A stretch of DNA of 64,000 nt, taken from contig OX597827.1 in NCBI GenBank assembly GCA_951406725.2, positions 48,422,001 to 48,486,000 of the forward strand, given 5' to 3'. The position numbers were made by a program, and so were the translations under genes. The notes under the pieces were generated by a model that saw only the letters and a program-made list of their open reading frames with translations, searched no databases and was not told the DNA's origin. The stretch comes from Octopus vulgaris. Its lineage: Eukaryota. How positions within the stretch are numbered: the stretch's first letter is position 1; every line of letters begins with the position of its first letter. Below are positions 11,073 to 24,267 of the stretch, piece after piece.

Positions 11073-13398
11073 ATACATCCACACACACATATATATACAT
11101 ATACATATACATATATGTTTCTATATATATATATACTCTTATACGGATGTATATGTCTTATACTTTAGCTGACAGCTGTTAAATCAAGTGATATCTCCCT
11201 AGAGTGAAGGACGTATGAAACCCGTCCTGATAAATTACATTTTAGTATAGCAGAGCATGCGAAAACAGCTCAAAAATCCCAAATGCATCTTACGTACTTT
11301 CATTTGCCGTTTAGAAAAACAAAAAAAAATAGCTTACTTAAATATTATTTATATATATTTTTATAGCATGTTTACTTATCTTAACTTTTGAAACATTACT
11401 GCTATGAAATTTTACCTGAAATCATTTACAATTGCTGACAATAATCGTGTAACAAAGAAAATGAAACAAAAACAATGGTTTTTAAATTATAAAATTTATA
11501 AAAAGAAAATCGAAATCTGACAAAAACAACAGCGCAGACGATTTCAATGGAGAAGTTATTAATTGCTGCCCTATGACTTATTTTGAATACATTAAAGCTA
11601 CATAGAACATCTTTTATTTGCAAATGTTTAATTTCTTTTGGAACAAACCCAAGAAATATGATAGTCGATGTAGAATATGCTAAGAAAACAATGCAAAAGA
11701 TAAAAAGACAACGTAAAAGAACAAAGACAAACTGTAATACAAGGAAAACAACAACATAATATTACAAAATCATCATCAATATTTTATCCCATCGGTAAAA
11801 GCTTTCTAGAAAGCAATTCGTCTTAAGAAGTGATAACAACAACAACAATAACAACAAAAAAAGAGAAATAGAAGACAAGGAAAGAAGACAAGAGAGGAGA
11901 GAAGAAGAAATAAAAATGGGAATAAATATCATAAAGAGAAGTAGAGGTGGGTGAGATGAAAACGGTAAAGATAAATAAAGAGAACATAAAGAGCAAAGAA
12001 AAGAAATAATTATAAGTGTGGAAATAGAGAAATGCAGAAAATACATGGTGAAAATCTAGAGACAAGGTGAAAAACAAAGATAGGAAATAAGGGAACTGAG
12101 GCGTATTTGGTTTCCCTTATTGATTTATATTCAAATAGTTTTACTTCATCAATTTATTTTCCATATTGTTCTAAGTTAGTTTATATTTTCACTTTTGTTT
12201 TCAATTTTTTTTTTTTGTTTTATACCTTAGCGAAAAGGGTTTTTCTTTTCACTCTTGATAAATATGTTCTGCATTGCCCTCTCCTAAGATGTTTACTCCA
12301 AGGAAGATTAAAAAGCGATCTCCCATTAGAAATAAAATTCCTTAGCAAAAACAAAATAATTTACACGAATGCCTCGTCTTATAGTGTTGTACTAATAGGA
12401 GATTGGGATGCCTTGATACTTTGCACATCGTTATCGGCGATGGATTAACCCAGTGGTTATGAAAAGCGTTTAATAAAGACATTGAAACATTTGATGTATC
12501 AGGACCCAGTTATATCTAACCGACGCGGGCGTCTCTACGTGGTCTGTAGCTATACTTTGTATTGCAGCGCGATTGTCTGCCGCACACTCACACGCACATA
12601 CACACACGCAACACACTTACACACATGTACGCATACACACACGCATATACATGTGTGCATGTGCTTGCGTATGTTTGTGTATGTGTGTGTGTATGCGTGT
12701 GAGAGAGAGAGAGAGAGGGAGATACAAGTGTCGAGATGTAGGAAGAAGGTTAGCTTCAAGCAAGCCGTAGAAAATATTAAAAATAAGTTTATGGAACAAT
12801 TGTCATTTATTGACGCGGAAAGTTGTGGATTTTGTTTCCGTATTGAAGTATGGTAAGCTGTTTTATATTTCACGGTAGACAGCTAGGATTGCCAGATATT
12901 CAAATTTAATTCAAGAGCTAACGAATAGAGTAGATAATATTTAATCAAAATACTCTTGGCATGAAGAGTACCCTATGGTATACACCTCGCTTGGTTACTT
13001 ATCACTTCCGAATTTTCACTCAATATGAAATATATGTAGTCCGAATATTGTCTACTCCATTCCTAACACAATTATTCAGAATCAAAGTGAAGAGAATTTA
13101 AGACGCATTTGATCTGAAATTCATTCATTTTATTATCAAACACCTGTTATTCTAAATGCGCTGAGTGCAAATTACTTTGCTCACCCCCCCACACACGTAT
13201 ACATACAACTACATGCATTCAAATATATATATATAATTCAAATTACGATGAACGTAAAGAAAAGTTTGCTTTAGAATCGTTGAGATGTCTTAGAAAGTTA
13301 AAGAAGTGATTTTAAATTCTCAAACGCAGGATGATGCTAATAATATAGCCTGAACAAGATAAGCTACCCCTAGTTTGCAGAAAAAAGTATTGGCGGCC

Positions 13399-13442
<44 letters not shown>

Positions 13443-13654
13443 CATATTTAAATACAAGCATACATACATTAACGAAAAATTCCAGTGAAATTAATGAAGG
13501 TAGAGTCAGTAGATCCAGTGGTAATCTGGGTGGAGTGCTGGTATGTGGATAAGGAAAATTGCGTAAATTTCGGGCAGCGGTTCAGATGTGCAAGTTCAAA
13601 GAGTAGGAACTTGAGTCAGGTTCAAACTGGGGTAATCACGTGAGCGTATAATAT

Positions 13655-13810
13655 ATAGTTGAAATTTATAGAAAAACATAAGACGAAGACAAGTATATGA
13701 ACAACAAACAAATGTATTAGTTTGACGTTCAGGAGAAATATAAAGTCTTTTACGTTTCGAGTCTACGCTCTTCAACGGAAAGGAATAAGAGAACATAAAT
13801 AGAGAGTGAA
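13655..13810 (-). mobile_element. Hammerhead-bearing short repeat, A6U-core family (motif 13747-13782)
   Basis: Minus strand CTTT-CCGTTGA-A-GAGC(GTAG)ACTC-GAAAC-GTA-AAAG followed by the family 3' body ..actaatacat.tgtttg..tgtcttcgtctt. Confidence 0.65.
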
Positions 13811-13844
13811 CATACTTGTAAAATTTAATCGGTCCAGATGTCAC

Positions 13845-13990
13845 TCTGACTCTCTCTGTTTATTTTCTCTTATTACTTTCTATTAAAGAGCGTAGGCTCG
13901 AAACATAAAAGACTTTTTTTTCCCGCGCCTCAAACAAAAACACTTGCTTGTTGATACACCTGTCTTCGTCTTTCGTTTATCTATAAATAT

Positions 13991-13992
<2 letters not shown>
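13845..13992 (+). mobile_element. Hammerhead-bearing short repeat, A6U-core family, decayed; inverted partner of 13655-13810
   Basis: CTTT-CTATTAA-A-GAGC(GTAG)GCTC-GAAAC-ATA-AAAG at 13876-13911; same 3' body; ends in (TA)n. Confidence 0.6.
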
Positions 13993-14032
<40 letters not shown>

Positions 14033-14039
14033 TTGTATG

Positions 14040-14070
<31 letters not shown>

Positions 14071-15063
14071 ATGTATGTACGTATGTATGTATACGTGTAT
14101 GTAAGTATGTGTATGTACATGTATAGGTGTATAACATTTCTTTTGTTTGTAACTATCGCCTCCTTTTGTGATAATACCTGTCAGCATTCCTGTTTGATTT
14201 TCTCTTTAATTTAACCACTGTTTTTCAAGTAACATTTATATTTCGATATATTTTTGGCGTCTTATACAAAAATTCTTCTCAATGAAAACAAAGTTTTATT
14301 TTATTTGCTTCTCCCACTCTCACTAATTCCTATATATCTATCTCGTTCTTGTATTTAACAACATTTATCTCACCCATTAAGATTTCTGGCGAAGCAATTT
14401 ATTTTTCTCAAGAACACATAATAATTTACAAGTCTTAGAGAAACATTTGGATTTGGAATGTAGTCTATAATAGAAGGTCTACTGAGGGACGGTGCAGAAA
14501 CGCAATAACAACATACATTGTGGAGACATGTAGCACAGGAGAATGGGTAGGTGTGCACAGGCGGGAGCTCAACGGAGAAAAGTTCGTCAATGCTCTACTA
14601 ACATGTTCACACAGTAATCAATTTTTGATTTTCAGTAGCAAATGTCCCTAAGAATAAATTATTTTAAGGATACATGCAGTGTTGTTTCCGAAATTCTTCT
14701 ATATATTGCATCATAATATTTTAACTCTCAAAATTATAAATAATAATGGATCATGCCATCCCAAAATTTATATCCTTTTCTACACACGCCTATGTTCCCT
14801 TCTCGTTTTGTAGGCATTAGTGTGTGACTTAAAGACAATTTACCTCTTAGTTTTAGCAGGCGAAGCGATTGTAGCAATGTCCGTTCTTCAGATCTTTCGT
14901 TTAGATGTTTTATCTTCAGTTATTGACGTTTCAATGTATACGGGAAATATAATTAAGAAGGAAATAAAATCATACAACCGCAAAAATATATTACACTAAA
15001 TTTTTGAACGATAACGAAGAATTTTCTTCTAACATTAATTTTATAGCTAAAATTATCGTTTTC

Positions 15064-15571
15064 TTACTTTTTTGGTATCATTCTAGCATGAAAATGAGAG
15101 AGATATATAGAGAGGCGAAGAAAGAGAGAGAGAGAGAACGAGAAGGAAAGTCGGAGTGAAAGCGAGAGATAGTCGGGAAATAGAGACAGAGGAGGAGAAT
15201 ATATGAATAAAATATGGGGGAAAAGATACAGAGACTGAAAATGAGGGACAGAGAGAGAAAGATAGAGGGGTAGAAAGATAGAAACAAACAAACAAACAAA
15301 TAAACATAAAAGAAATGAAAAAAAGAAAGAAAGAGATAAACGTATATCAGGCAGAGAGGCAAGTGAAAAGACGAAGAGTATGCTTTGAGTTAAAGTGAGA
15401 GAGATACACATTTATGAATGAGTGAGACTGACAAAACATGTGTGGGTAGAGTGTGTGAGAGAGACAGAGAGAGAATGGGAGGAGGATTTTGAAAGAAAGA
15501 TAGAGAAAGAATATGTTACAGAGGAAACTGAAGAAAAAGAAAAGGTAAGAGTTGACGATGGTGATGATGGA

Positions 15572-15603
<32 letters not shown>

Positions 15604-15970
15604 ATATAGTAGCGAAGTCGAAGAGAAAGTAGTAGAAAAGGAAAAAAATGTAAAAGTAATATTACAAAAATACAAAACGAATCGAGAACAACAACAACAG
15701 CAGCAACGACAACAACAACCACAACAAAAAACAACCGGATGGAAGGGGAAAAGACAAAGAACAAGAGCTGGAGAGGGGGCGAGAGAGAGACACTGAGAGA
15801 AATAGAGTGAGAGAGAGAGCGTGAGATAGAGAGAGAGTGACAGACAGAGAGACAGATTAAGAGAGAGAGTGAGAGAGAGAGATAGACTCGCAGACAGAGA
15901 GACAGACAGACGAACTGACAGAGAGAGAGAGGCAGGCAGGCAGAGAGGCATACGGCCCATCAGACAGAGA
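15064..15970. repeat. Purine-rich low-complexity region with (GA)n, (GAT)n and (CAA)n
   Basis: Directly visible strand-asymmetric simple repeats. Confidence 0.85.
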
Positions 15971-16913
15971 TAGTGCGATACGACAGAAATTCGTTATACT
16001 AATTTATCATTACTAATTCGTAAACACTGCGATCACCATTGAGTAGTAATGGAACGTTTTCGTTACTTGTCAAGCGGAAATTCTTTAGAAAAATTAGCTT
16101 CTTTCTATTTGGTATTGACTTGGCAAAAAAATCACTTCGACAAACGGTAAAAATTAAATCAATTTTACTGTAGCAGCAACAAAATATTTTCAGCTTTTGA
16201 TTCTTGCATACATCAAACGTCTGTTTATTATATAACCATTGATTCTTAATATCGATTATGCTGGAATTATTATCTATCACGTTTGGTTCTTAGTCGTGTT
16301 GATTCCGTGAAATATTATTTATTTTTCTAGTTTATTATTTAATACGTATTAATTTTTGTTTTTTTTTTAATTTTTATTTTGTTACTGTATATTTCAAAGT
16401 ATGAAAATTAATGTTAAATTGATTGAAATTAGAATGTTGTGAGGATTGAGAATTGCTTTGAATATTGTATATAGAATTAAATGATTACGTTGTTGTTGCT
16501 GTTGATGTCGTTGTTGTTTAGTGGTTTTTGTTTAGGTGAGGTTTGATTGATCAGATATATGATCAAAGACGATCCAGAGTTGAACAGCTCGATATCCCTA
16601 TGGATGTGTTATCCAAAACTCTAGACTGTCATTTCTGGATATTTGAATGCTGTTTCTAAAAGGTCGAAGGACGACTCTTTAAAATTGTCCGATCTTTTTC
16701 TTGAGATGTATCTGTGAATAAATTGTCTAATACTGTAAGCTTTTATCTGAGGAGATTTCAATGCTGAATCTAACAAGTCAAAACTGATTTAATTTTGAAT
16801 ATTCTCATAATTTTAGAACCCATCTAGAAATACATTTTATGTAAGTTTTTAGGTTGTTATTTGAGGGGAGTTGAGTGTTGGTCAAAAAGATGATCTACTT
16901 TTGAACATAAATA

Positions 16914-17067
16914 GGTGCAGACGTGGTTGTGTGGTAAGAGACTTGTTTCCCAACCACATAGTTCCGGGTTCGGTCCTACTCCGTGGCACCTTGGAAGGGT
17001 ATCCTCTACTATAGCCTCAGACAGACCTAAGCTTTGTGAATGCATTTGGTAGACGGAACCTGAGGGA

Positions 17068-17133
<66 letters not shown>

Positions 17134-17320
17134 TGTTTGTGTGTCTGTGTTTGTCGCTTGACAAACGTTGTTGGTGTGTTTAAGTCCCCGTAACTTAGCG
17201 GCGGTTCGGCAAAAGAAACCGATAGTATAATTGCTGACCTTACAAAGATTTATTCGACGAAAGACGGTACACTAGCATGGCCGCAATCAAATGAGTGAAA
17301 CAAATGAAAGAACGAAAGAA
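16914..17320 (+). mobile_element. SINE family A
   Basis: Full, diverged copy with internal (TA)n(GA)n. Confidence 0.85.
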
Positions 17321-17829
17321 TACCATCATAATAGATACATCTAGGAACTCATTTGAGATTGTAGGCTATTAGCTGAGGCGATTTAGCTACTATTTCTACC
17401 CGGACAAAGTCTCTCCAACTGACTCTGTTTTATATAACTAACATCCTTTAGTTCAGTCCATGCTGGTTAATCGCACGAATTTTTTCAAAGTCAATCTGGT
17501 TTGAACTGCCACTAAATTGGAGTATGGGAGAAGACATGTGTTGTAATAAGTTAAGCTAAGATGTCTATTAATACTTTAGTTCTAATTGTTTGGACTCGGT
17601 GTTTTGATGTCAATGCAATTGACTCTACTTATTTGTGGTGTCTATGTGGTAAATAAATGATCCACTCAGCGAAACACAGATGTCACCATCCGCGCTAGAA
17701 ATAGCACCTAAAACGTCTTCAAATACCACCCCTTCCAACCTTGCAAGGTAAAGACACTTTCCATAATGTAATCTTCAGTACCACGAAATATTTCAAATAA
17801 AACCACTACCGCCTTTAAAATGAAAAAAA

Positions 17830-18078
17830 AGTGTTCCTTCTCGAGCCATGCCAGGCTCATAAGGGCCGGTTTCCTGGTTTCAGTGGCGTAGAAATTCCCC
17901 ACCTGGACGGGACGCCGGTCTGTCGCAGGATTACTCATTTTTGCCAGCTGAGTGGACTGGAGCAACGTGAGATGAGGTGTTTTGTTCTAGAACACAACGC
18001 ATCGCTCGGTCTAGGAATCGAAACCACAACCTTACGATCATGAGTTCAACACCCTAACCACTAAGCCACGCGCCTCCA
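17830..18078 (-). mobile_element. SINE family C (tRNA-derived, V-domain-like block)
   Basis: Minus strand head ggaggcgcgtggcttagtggttagg..ggtttcgattcc, body ctccagtccactcagctg and cctgcgacagaccggcgtcccgtccagg; homologous to 19372-19600 and 50631-50891. Confidence 0.85.
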
Positions 18079-18124
18079 ACTTTAAAATGAAGGACGCATT
18101 CATTACCTTGATCTTACGTATCAT

Positions 18125-18177
<53 letters not shown>

Positions 18178-18180
<3 letters not shown>

Positions 18181-18475
18181 CTCATTATTTTCTCTCCTTA
18201 TTTCTGTCTGTGTTCCTTTCTGTGGGAGAGCGTAGTCTCGAAACGTTAAAGACTTTTTCACTTCCCGAGCGTTATACTAATACATCTATTGTCTATACCA
18301 CCTCTTTTCGTTTTTTTTTCGTGAATTCACCCTCTCCTTGTTTCTTCTGTGTCCCTTTCAGTAGAAGAGCGTAGGCTCGAAACGTAAAAAACTGTTTCTA
18401 TTCGTGAGCGTTATACTAATACATCTGTTTGTTTTGTACACCACCTGTCTTCGTCTTTTGTTTTTTCGTAACTCC

Positions 18476-18480
<5 letters not shown>
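18178..18480 (+). mobile_element. Head-to-tail dimer of the hammerhead-bearing short repeat (A6U-core family)
   Basis: Two units; cores CTGTGGG (18220) and CAGTAGA (18359), each followed by A-GAG..CTC-GAAAC-GT(T/A); putative cleavage sites 18247 and 18386 are 139 nt apart; (TA)n on both sides. Confidence 0.7.
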
Positions 18481-18526
<46 letters not shown>

Positions 18527-18527
18527 C

Positions 18528-18558
<31 letters not shown>

Positions 18559-18577
18559 TACACATATATATATATAA

Positions 18578-18685
18578 GTAATCAAAAATCGGAGAAAAAG
18601 ACAACAAAAAAACCAACAACACGTACATGCAAAGTATTAAGAAGATGCTCCGAGAAGGAAAGTAAGAGTGGAAAGTCCGACGTAT
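18578..18685 (-). mobile_element. Partial diverged relative of the 5810-6005 repeat
   Basis: Similar to the reverse complement of 5900-6005; similarity stops at acgt, the stem III/cleavage position. Confidence 0.4.
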
Positions 18686-19371
18686 ATCATGTGTGTACAA
18701 ATTGATGTAAGACTGCTACTATTAAATTTCGAATTCCATGTAGATTAACATCATCCCACTACCGTAATTAATAGTATTACTAGTTATGACATACAGGAAA
18801 AATTACGATGAACACAAGTTTAATTATCTGTTTATACGTGTGTTACTCGATTATGATTGCTTCGAGTCTAAGTGGATATTTAAGCACCATGGATAATCAG
18901 GGAACCCTTAATTGCATTATGTTACAGATGAATAACTAGTTCCTCCTGATGATGTCTTTAGCCACTAGATCCTATAAAGGAACTGTTGAGGTAGCGAACC
19001 ACGAAACGTGGTTAGAATTCCCATTCCTAGTTCTCTGAAACATAACACAATGAAGTGTTCCCAGATGATGGATTATGGTAAGGCATATAATTGCACATGG
19101 TGTGTTCAATGCAGTGTTTTATGTAATCAAAATGGTGAGAAATATCTAGGAACAAATGATATAGATATGTGTTTACCGTAATTTCTCTTATACATACGTA
19201 TATTCATTTATATAAACATATACATGTGTATATACCTATGTAAATATTGACATGATATGTGTGTGTGTGTGCGTTTGTGAGTGTGTGTGTGTGTATAAAA
19301 AAATTATATAAACAGCGAAGCGCCATGTAATACCATAAAGGAAAAATTTAATCGTCATTAAATGTGGCTGA

Positions 19372-19600
19372 GTGGAGGCGCGTGGCTTAGTGTTTAGGGT
19401 GTCAGCAACCAAGGTTGTGGTTTCGATTCCTGGACCGGGCGACTCGTTGTGTTCTTGAGCAAAACACTTCATTTCACGATGTTCCAGTCCACTCACGGGG
19501 TAAAATGAGTAACGCTGCGATGGACTGGCGTCCCATCAAGCTGGGGAACACATACGCCATAGAAACCGGGCCCATGAGCCTGGCTAGTCTTTAAAAGGGC
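19372..19600 (+). mobile_element. SINE family C
   Basis: gtggaggcgcgtggcttagtg..ggtttcgattcctggaccgggcg..gcgatggactggcgtccc..ggcccatgagcctggctag. Confidence 0.88.
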
Positions 19601-19689
19601 CATTGCTAGAAATAACAGCAGTTAAAAACTCTTAACGTTGCAAGAACATAGCAAAATCTGTTCCCTGTCTGTGTATATATATATTGCGT

Positions 19690-20012
19690 GGAGGCACAAT
19701 AGCCCAATGATCAGGGCAGCTGCCTCGCGGTCGTGGGATCGCGTTTTCGATTCCCAGACCGGGCATTGTGAGTGTTAACCGAGTGAGAACACCTAAAGCC
19801 CCACGAGGCTCCGTTAGGGGTTGGGTGTTACGAACACTGCTGTAATATTTCACCATAATTTTCTCTCACTTATTTTTGTTTCTGTTGTACCTCTATTTAA
19901 GGGTACATGTGTCTGTGGAGTGCTCAGCCACTTGCATGTTAATTTCACGAGCAGGCTGTTCCGTTGATCGGATCAAATGGGACCTTCGTCGTCGTAACCG
20001 ACGGAGTGCCAC
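19690..20012 (+). mobile_element. SINE family B (tRNA-derived)
   Basis: Head ggaggcacaatagccca..ttcgattcccagaccgggc; tail gtcgtcgtaaccgacggagtgcc; homologous to 50060-50425 and 53401-53778. Confidence 0.88.
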
Positions 20013-20164
20013 GTATATATATTGCACTCTTCTTACAGTGTTATGAGTTATTAACTCTTATTTCTATGTACATAGGTAAATACATATGTATCCGAAACAC
20101 TGCTTCAGCTCCCTCGGCCACATTTAGTGAAAGTTATATCCTATCTGTATACACACACACACAC

Positions 20165-20195
<31 letters not shown>

Positions 20196-20266
20196 TACAC
20201 ACACACACAAACACACATACATACACACACAAAAACACACACACACAAACACACACACACACACAT

Positions 20267-20349
<83 letters not shown>

Positions 20350-20353
20350 TGTA

Positions 20354-20999
20354 TTGGGTTGTCCGGAAAGTTCGGTCCGATATATAGTAGCTTAACATTC
20401 GACTTACTTTAGAACATCGTTGAGTCCATAAAATAGGATTTGGCTACACCTCAATTTAGAGCACAGTTTAAGCTATATTTTCATGGAAGACGGTTTATGT
20501 TCCTATAACCTGTGTTAATTCTATAACCCTTTAAAATGAAAGATAACACATGTTATGGGGTAACACATTCCCGCCGAGCTGCAGCAATTTTTCTTTGGTT
20601 CCCAAAGCATCAAGTGCCGAAAATGAGGCAAGTTCATTTTCGGCACTTGATGCTTTGGGAACCAAAGAAAATTGCTGCAGCCCGGCGGGAATGTGTTACC
20701 CCACCCTCCATATTCACCAGATTTTGCTCCTTCGGATTTCCACTTAATCAGGTCTCTGCAGAATAGTCTTAATGGTAAAAATTTCAGTTCCTTGGATGAC
20801 GTAAAAGGATTCCTTGATGAATTCTTTGCCATGAAACCACCTCAATTCTGGGAAGATGGTATTATCAACTTAAAGGAAAGATGGAGACGCATTGTGTAAC
20901 AAAACGGTTCATATTTGTTTGATTAAAAATGTAATGGCAAGTATTTATTGACCTTTTTCTTTCCTTTAAAAATCGGCACGAACTTTCCGGACAACCCAA
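20354..20999 (+). mobile_element. Internally deleted non-autonomous mariner (same family as 9159-10390) with internal inverted duplication, 646 bp
   Basis: TIRs TTGGGTTGTCCGGAAAGTTCG at both ends, TA flanks; VHFRHLML fused to the HPPYSPDFAPSDFHL region; arms 20556-20626 and 20634-20703 are inverted. Confidence 0.93.
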
Positions 21000-21009
21000 T
21001 ATATTTCGC

Positions 21010-21093
<84 letters not shown>

Positions 21094-21675
21094 TAGTTAA
21101 GTAACTACACATGCCTGGTGTATATTTCTAACCATATCAACGATCACTATTCATATACACTGGCTGTAGCTTGCGGTTTGGAAGAATCAACCATGCTGAT
21201 TTGTGTTATAATTAGTGGCAATTAAACTGCAATTAGCATTTACTGTAAAAGTCGACAAGCCACAGCTGGAAATTCTATCATTAGATTTATTTCCCCCTTT
21301 TTAAAGCCATTACCGGGGACGATAAAATCGTAATAAACAATGGAAGTCCGTAACTCTTAGCTAATAACAGAGAGCAATATCATACGTGCCGAAGAGAAAG
21401 CAACCTGTGTTTCGTTTCACTGAACACAGCCATCTCTGTAATTTAGAATAGGGTGAGATGTAATATTCTTGTCTTCATGTCTTTTTAAATGCCATTAATT
21501 GTCGGTGAAGGCGACGATAAGTAGCATTTAACTCAGAAATCGCAGCCGTTTGCTCGATTTGCCTGGCTGAGAGATTTATTTGCATTAAATTATATACAGT
21601 CTCCATCCCCACTATTATATTCTGATAGTTTACAAAATGTTCCTCCGTCTCTCTATATTCGAAAGTAAAGAGAAA

Positions 21676-21741
<66 letters not shown>

Positions 21742-22014
21742 GAAAAAATAAATTGTAGTGTTGGAGCTGGGTGTGTGAAGATTAAGAATTGATCTTTCGC
21801 TTCCTTGTACAGAGAATAGAGATGTGGATATTTTCCTCTCTCTTCTAAAACACACAAGGTTTGAACAATTAGTTCGAAAATATATAATTTTTGTTAAAAC
21901 TTAGAGGAGTTGCCGTCATTTTGAACAAAGCAAGTAACTGCCCTTTGGGCGGAGATAAGCATATAATAGCATCTAATTGTTGCAGGCTTTTGTGAAACTG
22001 TAAATTCATATTTT

Positions 22015-22438
22015 CTGCTTTTATTCTTTTTTTAGTCATCTGACTGCGGTCATGCTGGAACACCGCCTTCATTCGAACAAATCTACCCCAGGACTTATTA
22101 TTTGTAGGCGTTATACCTATCCTAAGAGTCTCTTTTTGCCGAACCGCTAAGTTACGGGGACGTAAACGCACCAACATCGGTTGTCAGGTGATGTCAAACA
22201 CATACACACAAACATATACGCATATACGCATACATACACACACACACATATATATATGTGCTTATATATATATACGACGGGCTTCTTTCAATTTCCGTCT
22301 ACCAAATCTACTCACAAGGCTTTGGTCGGCCCATGGCTATAGTAGGAGACACTGGCCCAAAGTGCCACGCTTTGGGACTGAACTCGGAACCATATGGTTT
22401 GTAAGCAAGCTACTTACATCACAGCCACTCCTGAGCCT
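22015..22438 (-). mobile_element. SINE family A
   Basis: Full copy by in-window similarity. Confidence 0.9.
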
Positions 22439-22480
22439 ATGTTTACTAAACATTTTCTTCTTACATTTAAAAAACAAAAT

Positions 22481-22640
22481 GGCATTCCGTCGATTACAAA
22501 GGGCCAGTGTCCCAGTTGATTCGATCAGCGAATGAGCCTGCACGTGAAATTAAGGTGTAAGTGGCTGAGCACACCGCATACATGTGTACCCTTCATGTAG
22601 TCCTCGTGATATTCAGTGTGAAACAAAATGTAACAACACT
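22481..22640 (-). mobile_element. SINE family B, 3' fragment
   Basis: ggcattccgtcgattac..gtgaaattaaggtgtaagtggctgagcac matches the family B tail. Confidence 0.7.
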
Positions 22641-22789
22641 GACTATTTCTCATAAGGGTACAAATCGTTTTGGCCACTGAGTTGACTGGATCAAGAGGAA
22701 TTACTGCACACCAGTCGAATTTTCTTAATTACTATAAAGGCTTTATATTGTGGTATTTAAATTTATTTCAACATTTACTATAAAGCCAT

Positions 22790-22960
22790 AAATTTTAGGG
22801 AAAGTGTCTTAGTCGACTACACTGATCCTTTTACTTGAATGATATTCTATTATACTGATCCTGAAAGGATGAAAGTCAGAGAGCTGACTTCGGCAGGCCT
22901 TGACCTATGAACTTCAAGTACCGGAAGAGACGATGCTAAAATTCTGCTGACACGTCGCCA
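22790..22960 (-). mobile_element. SINE family D, decayed
   Basis: gatcctgaaaggatgaaag..gacttcggcagg resembles the family D core. Confidence 0.55.
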
Positions 22961-23715
22961 TCATTGTGGTATGTAAATTAGGAAAGGTTTCAAATCAGTC
23001 TATTCCGAAATGGTTAAATGTAACAATATATATTTGTAAATATGAGCTTTTCATAGCATTAAATTATAAACAGTTAAGCATGAGCATATTTCTTGTGTGG
23101 CTAATTTTTATCAGTCACGCTTATTTGTGATACTTTGACATATCATTTTGTGACATCGATGCACTTTGTAATTACAAATATTAGCTGTTTGGTTATGAAT
23201 AATTGCTGCCATCTTGAAATTACACCATATAATTGCATAGACCTCAATTATGCATGTGCCACTGGGAGCAATTCCGATGCACTACTTCAAACAATATGAA
23301 AGAGAACGATAATGAAGGGCTAATACTCATCACGCAGCACTGTACAGGAGGAAAGACCCGGACAACATGCAACGCTCTCTAATAGATAGGATACTTAACT
23401 ATTAACATACCAAGTTAACGATGGAACGTTGTAATACCGGCTTTAATGTCAGCAGCAGTCACACTTGTGTTTCCTGCTATAAAATGGATCAACACACGAC
23501 ATCACTTACTCCGGAAGGTGAACCCTTGAAGATATAGAAACGATAATCAGCAATTTAGGATGTTTATTGATGCAAAACAACCTGCGTTAAGTTTATACAC
23601 TTCCATACAAAACATTAAGCTGCCGTGTGAACAAGCTAGGTTACACGATTTTGAGTTACAGCATAGATGTAAAATTGATAAATGACATTTAATTTACGCT
23701 ATGTTTCGATAATGC

Positions 23716-23885
23716 GGAGGCACATGGCCTAGTGGTTAGAGCAGCGGACTTGCGGTCGAGGGATCGCGGGTTCAAATCTCAGACCGGGCGATGTGTGTGT
23801 TTATGAGCGAAACACCTAAGCTCCACGCGGCTCCGCCAGCAGGTAATGGCGAACTTCGGCTGACTCTTTCACCGGCTCTTTCTCT
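23716..23885 (+). mobile_element. SINE family B, 5' fragment
   Basis: ggaggcacatggcctagtggttagagcagcggac..ggttcaaatctcagaccgggcg with clear A and B boxes. Confidence 0.8.
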
Positions 23886-24267
23886 ATTGGCAAGAAATCT
23901 TGAAATAAAACTGAACAAACGTATGTACGTACACACACACACACACACACACACACGCACGCACGCATAGTCATTTGATTTAGTGTATACAACCGATGAG
24001 TTTGTGAATCATGAAACTATCTGCGTTGCTCAGTTAGATATTAATGGCATGGCAACCAGAAACGAAGAGACTTGTACGTGACAAGTTCTTTATCTCTGAA
24101 CCCAAAATGTCACGAAACTCAAACTCCAGTGTCTGAAGCAAATACAGGATACATAATGAGATCCTGATTAGATCTGTCAAGAGAAATTCGCTGTAGGACT
24201 ACTTGACCATGACTCATTCGGGTTGTGCTTGTACATGGTTAACTTTGGACTAAACAATCAAGAAATA

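Noticed and set aside
11181-11232. GAAAC-CC-GTC-CTGAT hammerhead-like half
   Set aside because: No intact core or convincing stem II.
15422-15796. Acidic, Q-rich 124-aa ORF as a possible host exon
   Set aside because: Built from (GAT)n, (CAA)n and GA-rich repeats; no domain or splice support.
21120-21630. Repeat-free block with homeodomain and octamer-like words, possible conserved enhancer or exon
   Set aside because: Such words are common in AT-rich DNA; needs cross-species alignment.
23716-23790. tRNA gene candidates at SINE heads (also 19372, 53700, 62985)
   Set aside because: A and B boxes continue directly into SINE bodies; no complete cloverleaf or terminator.
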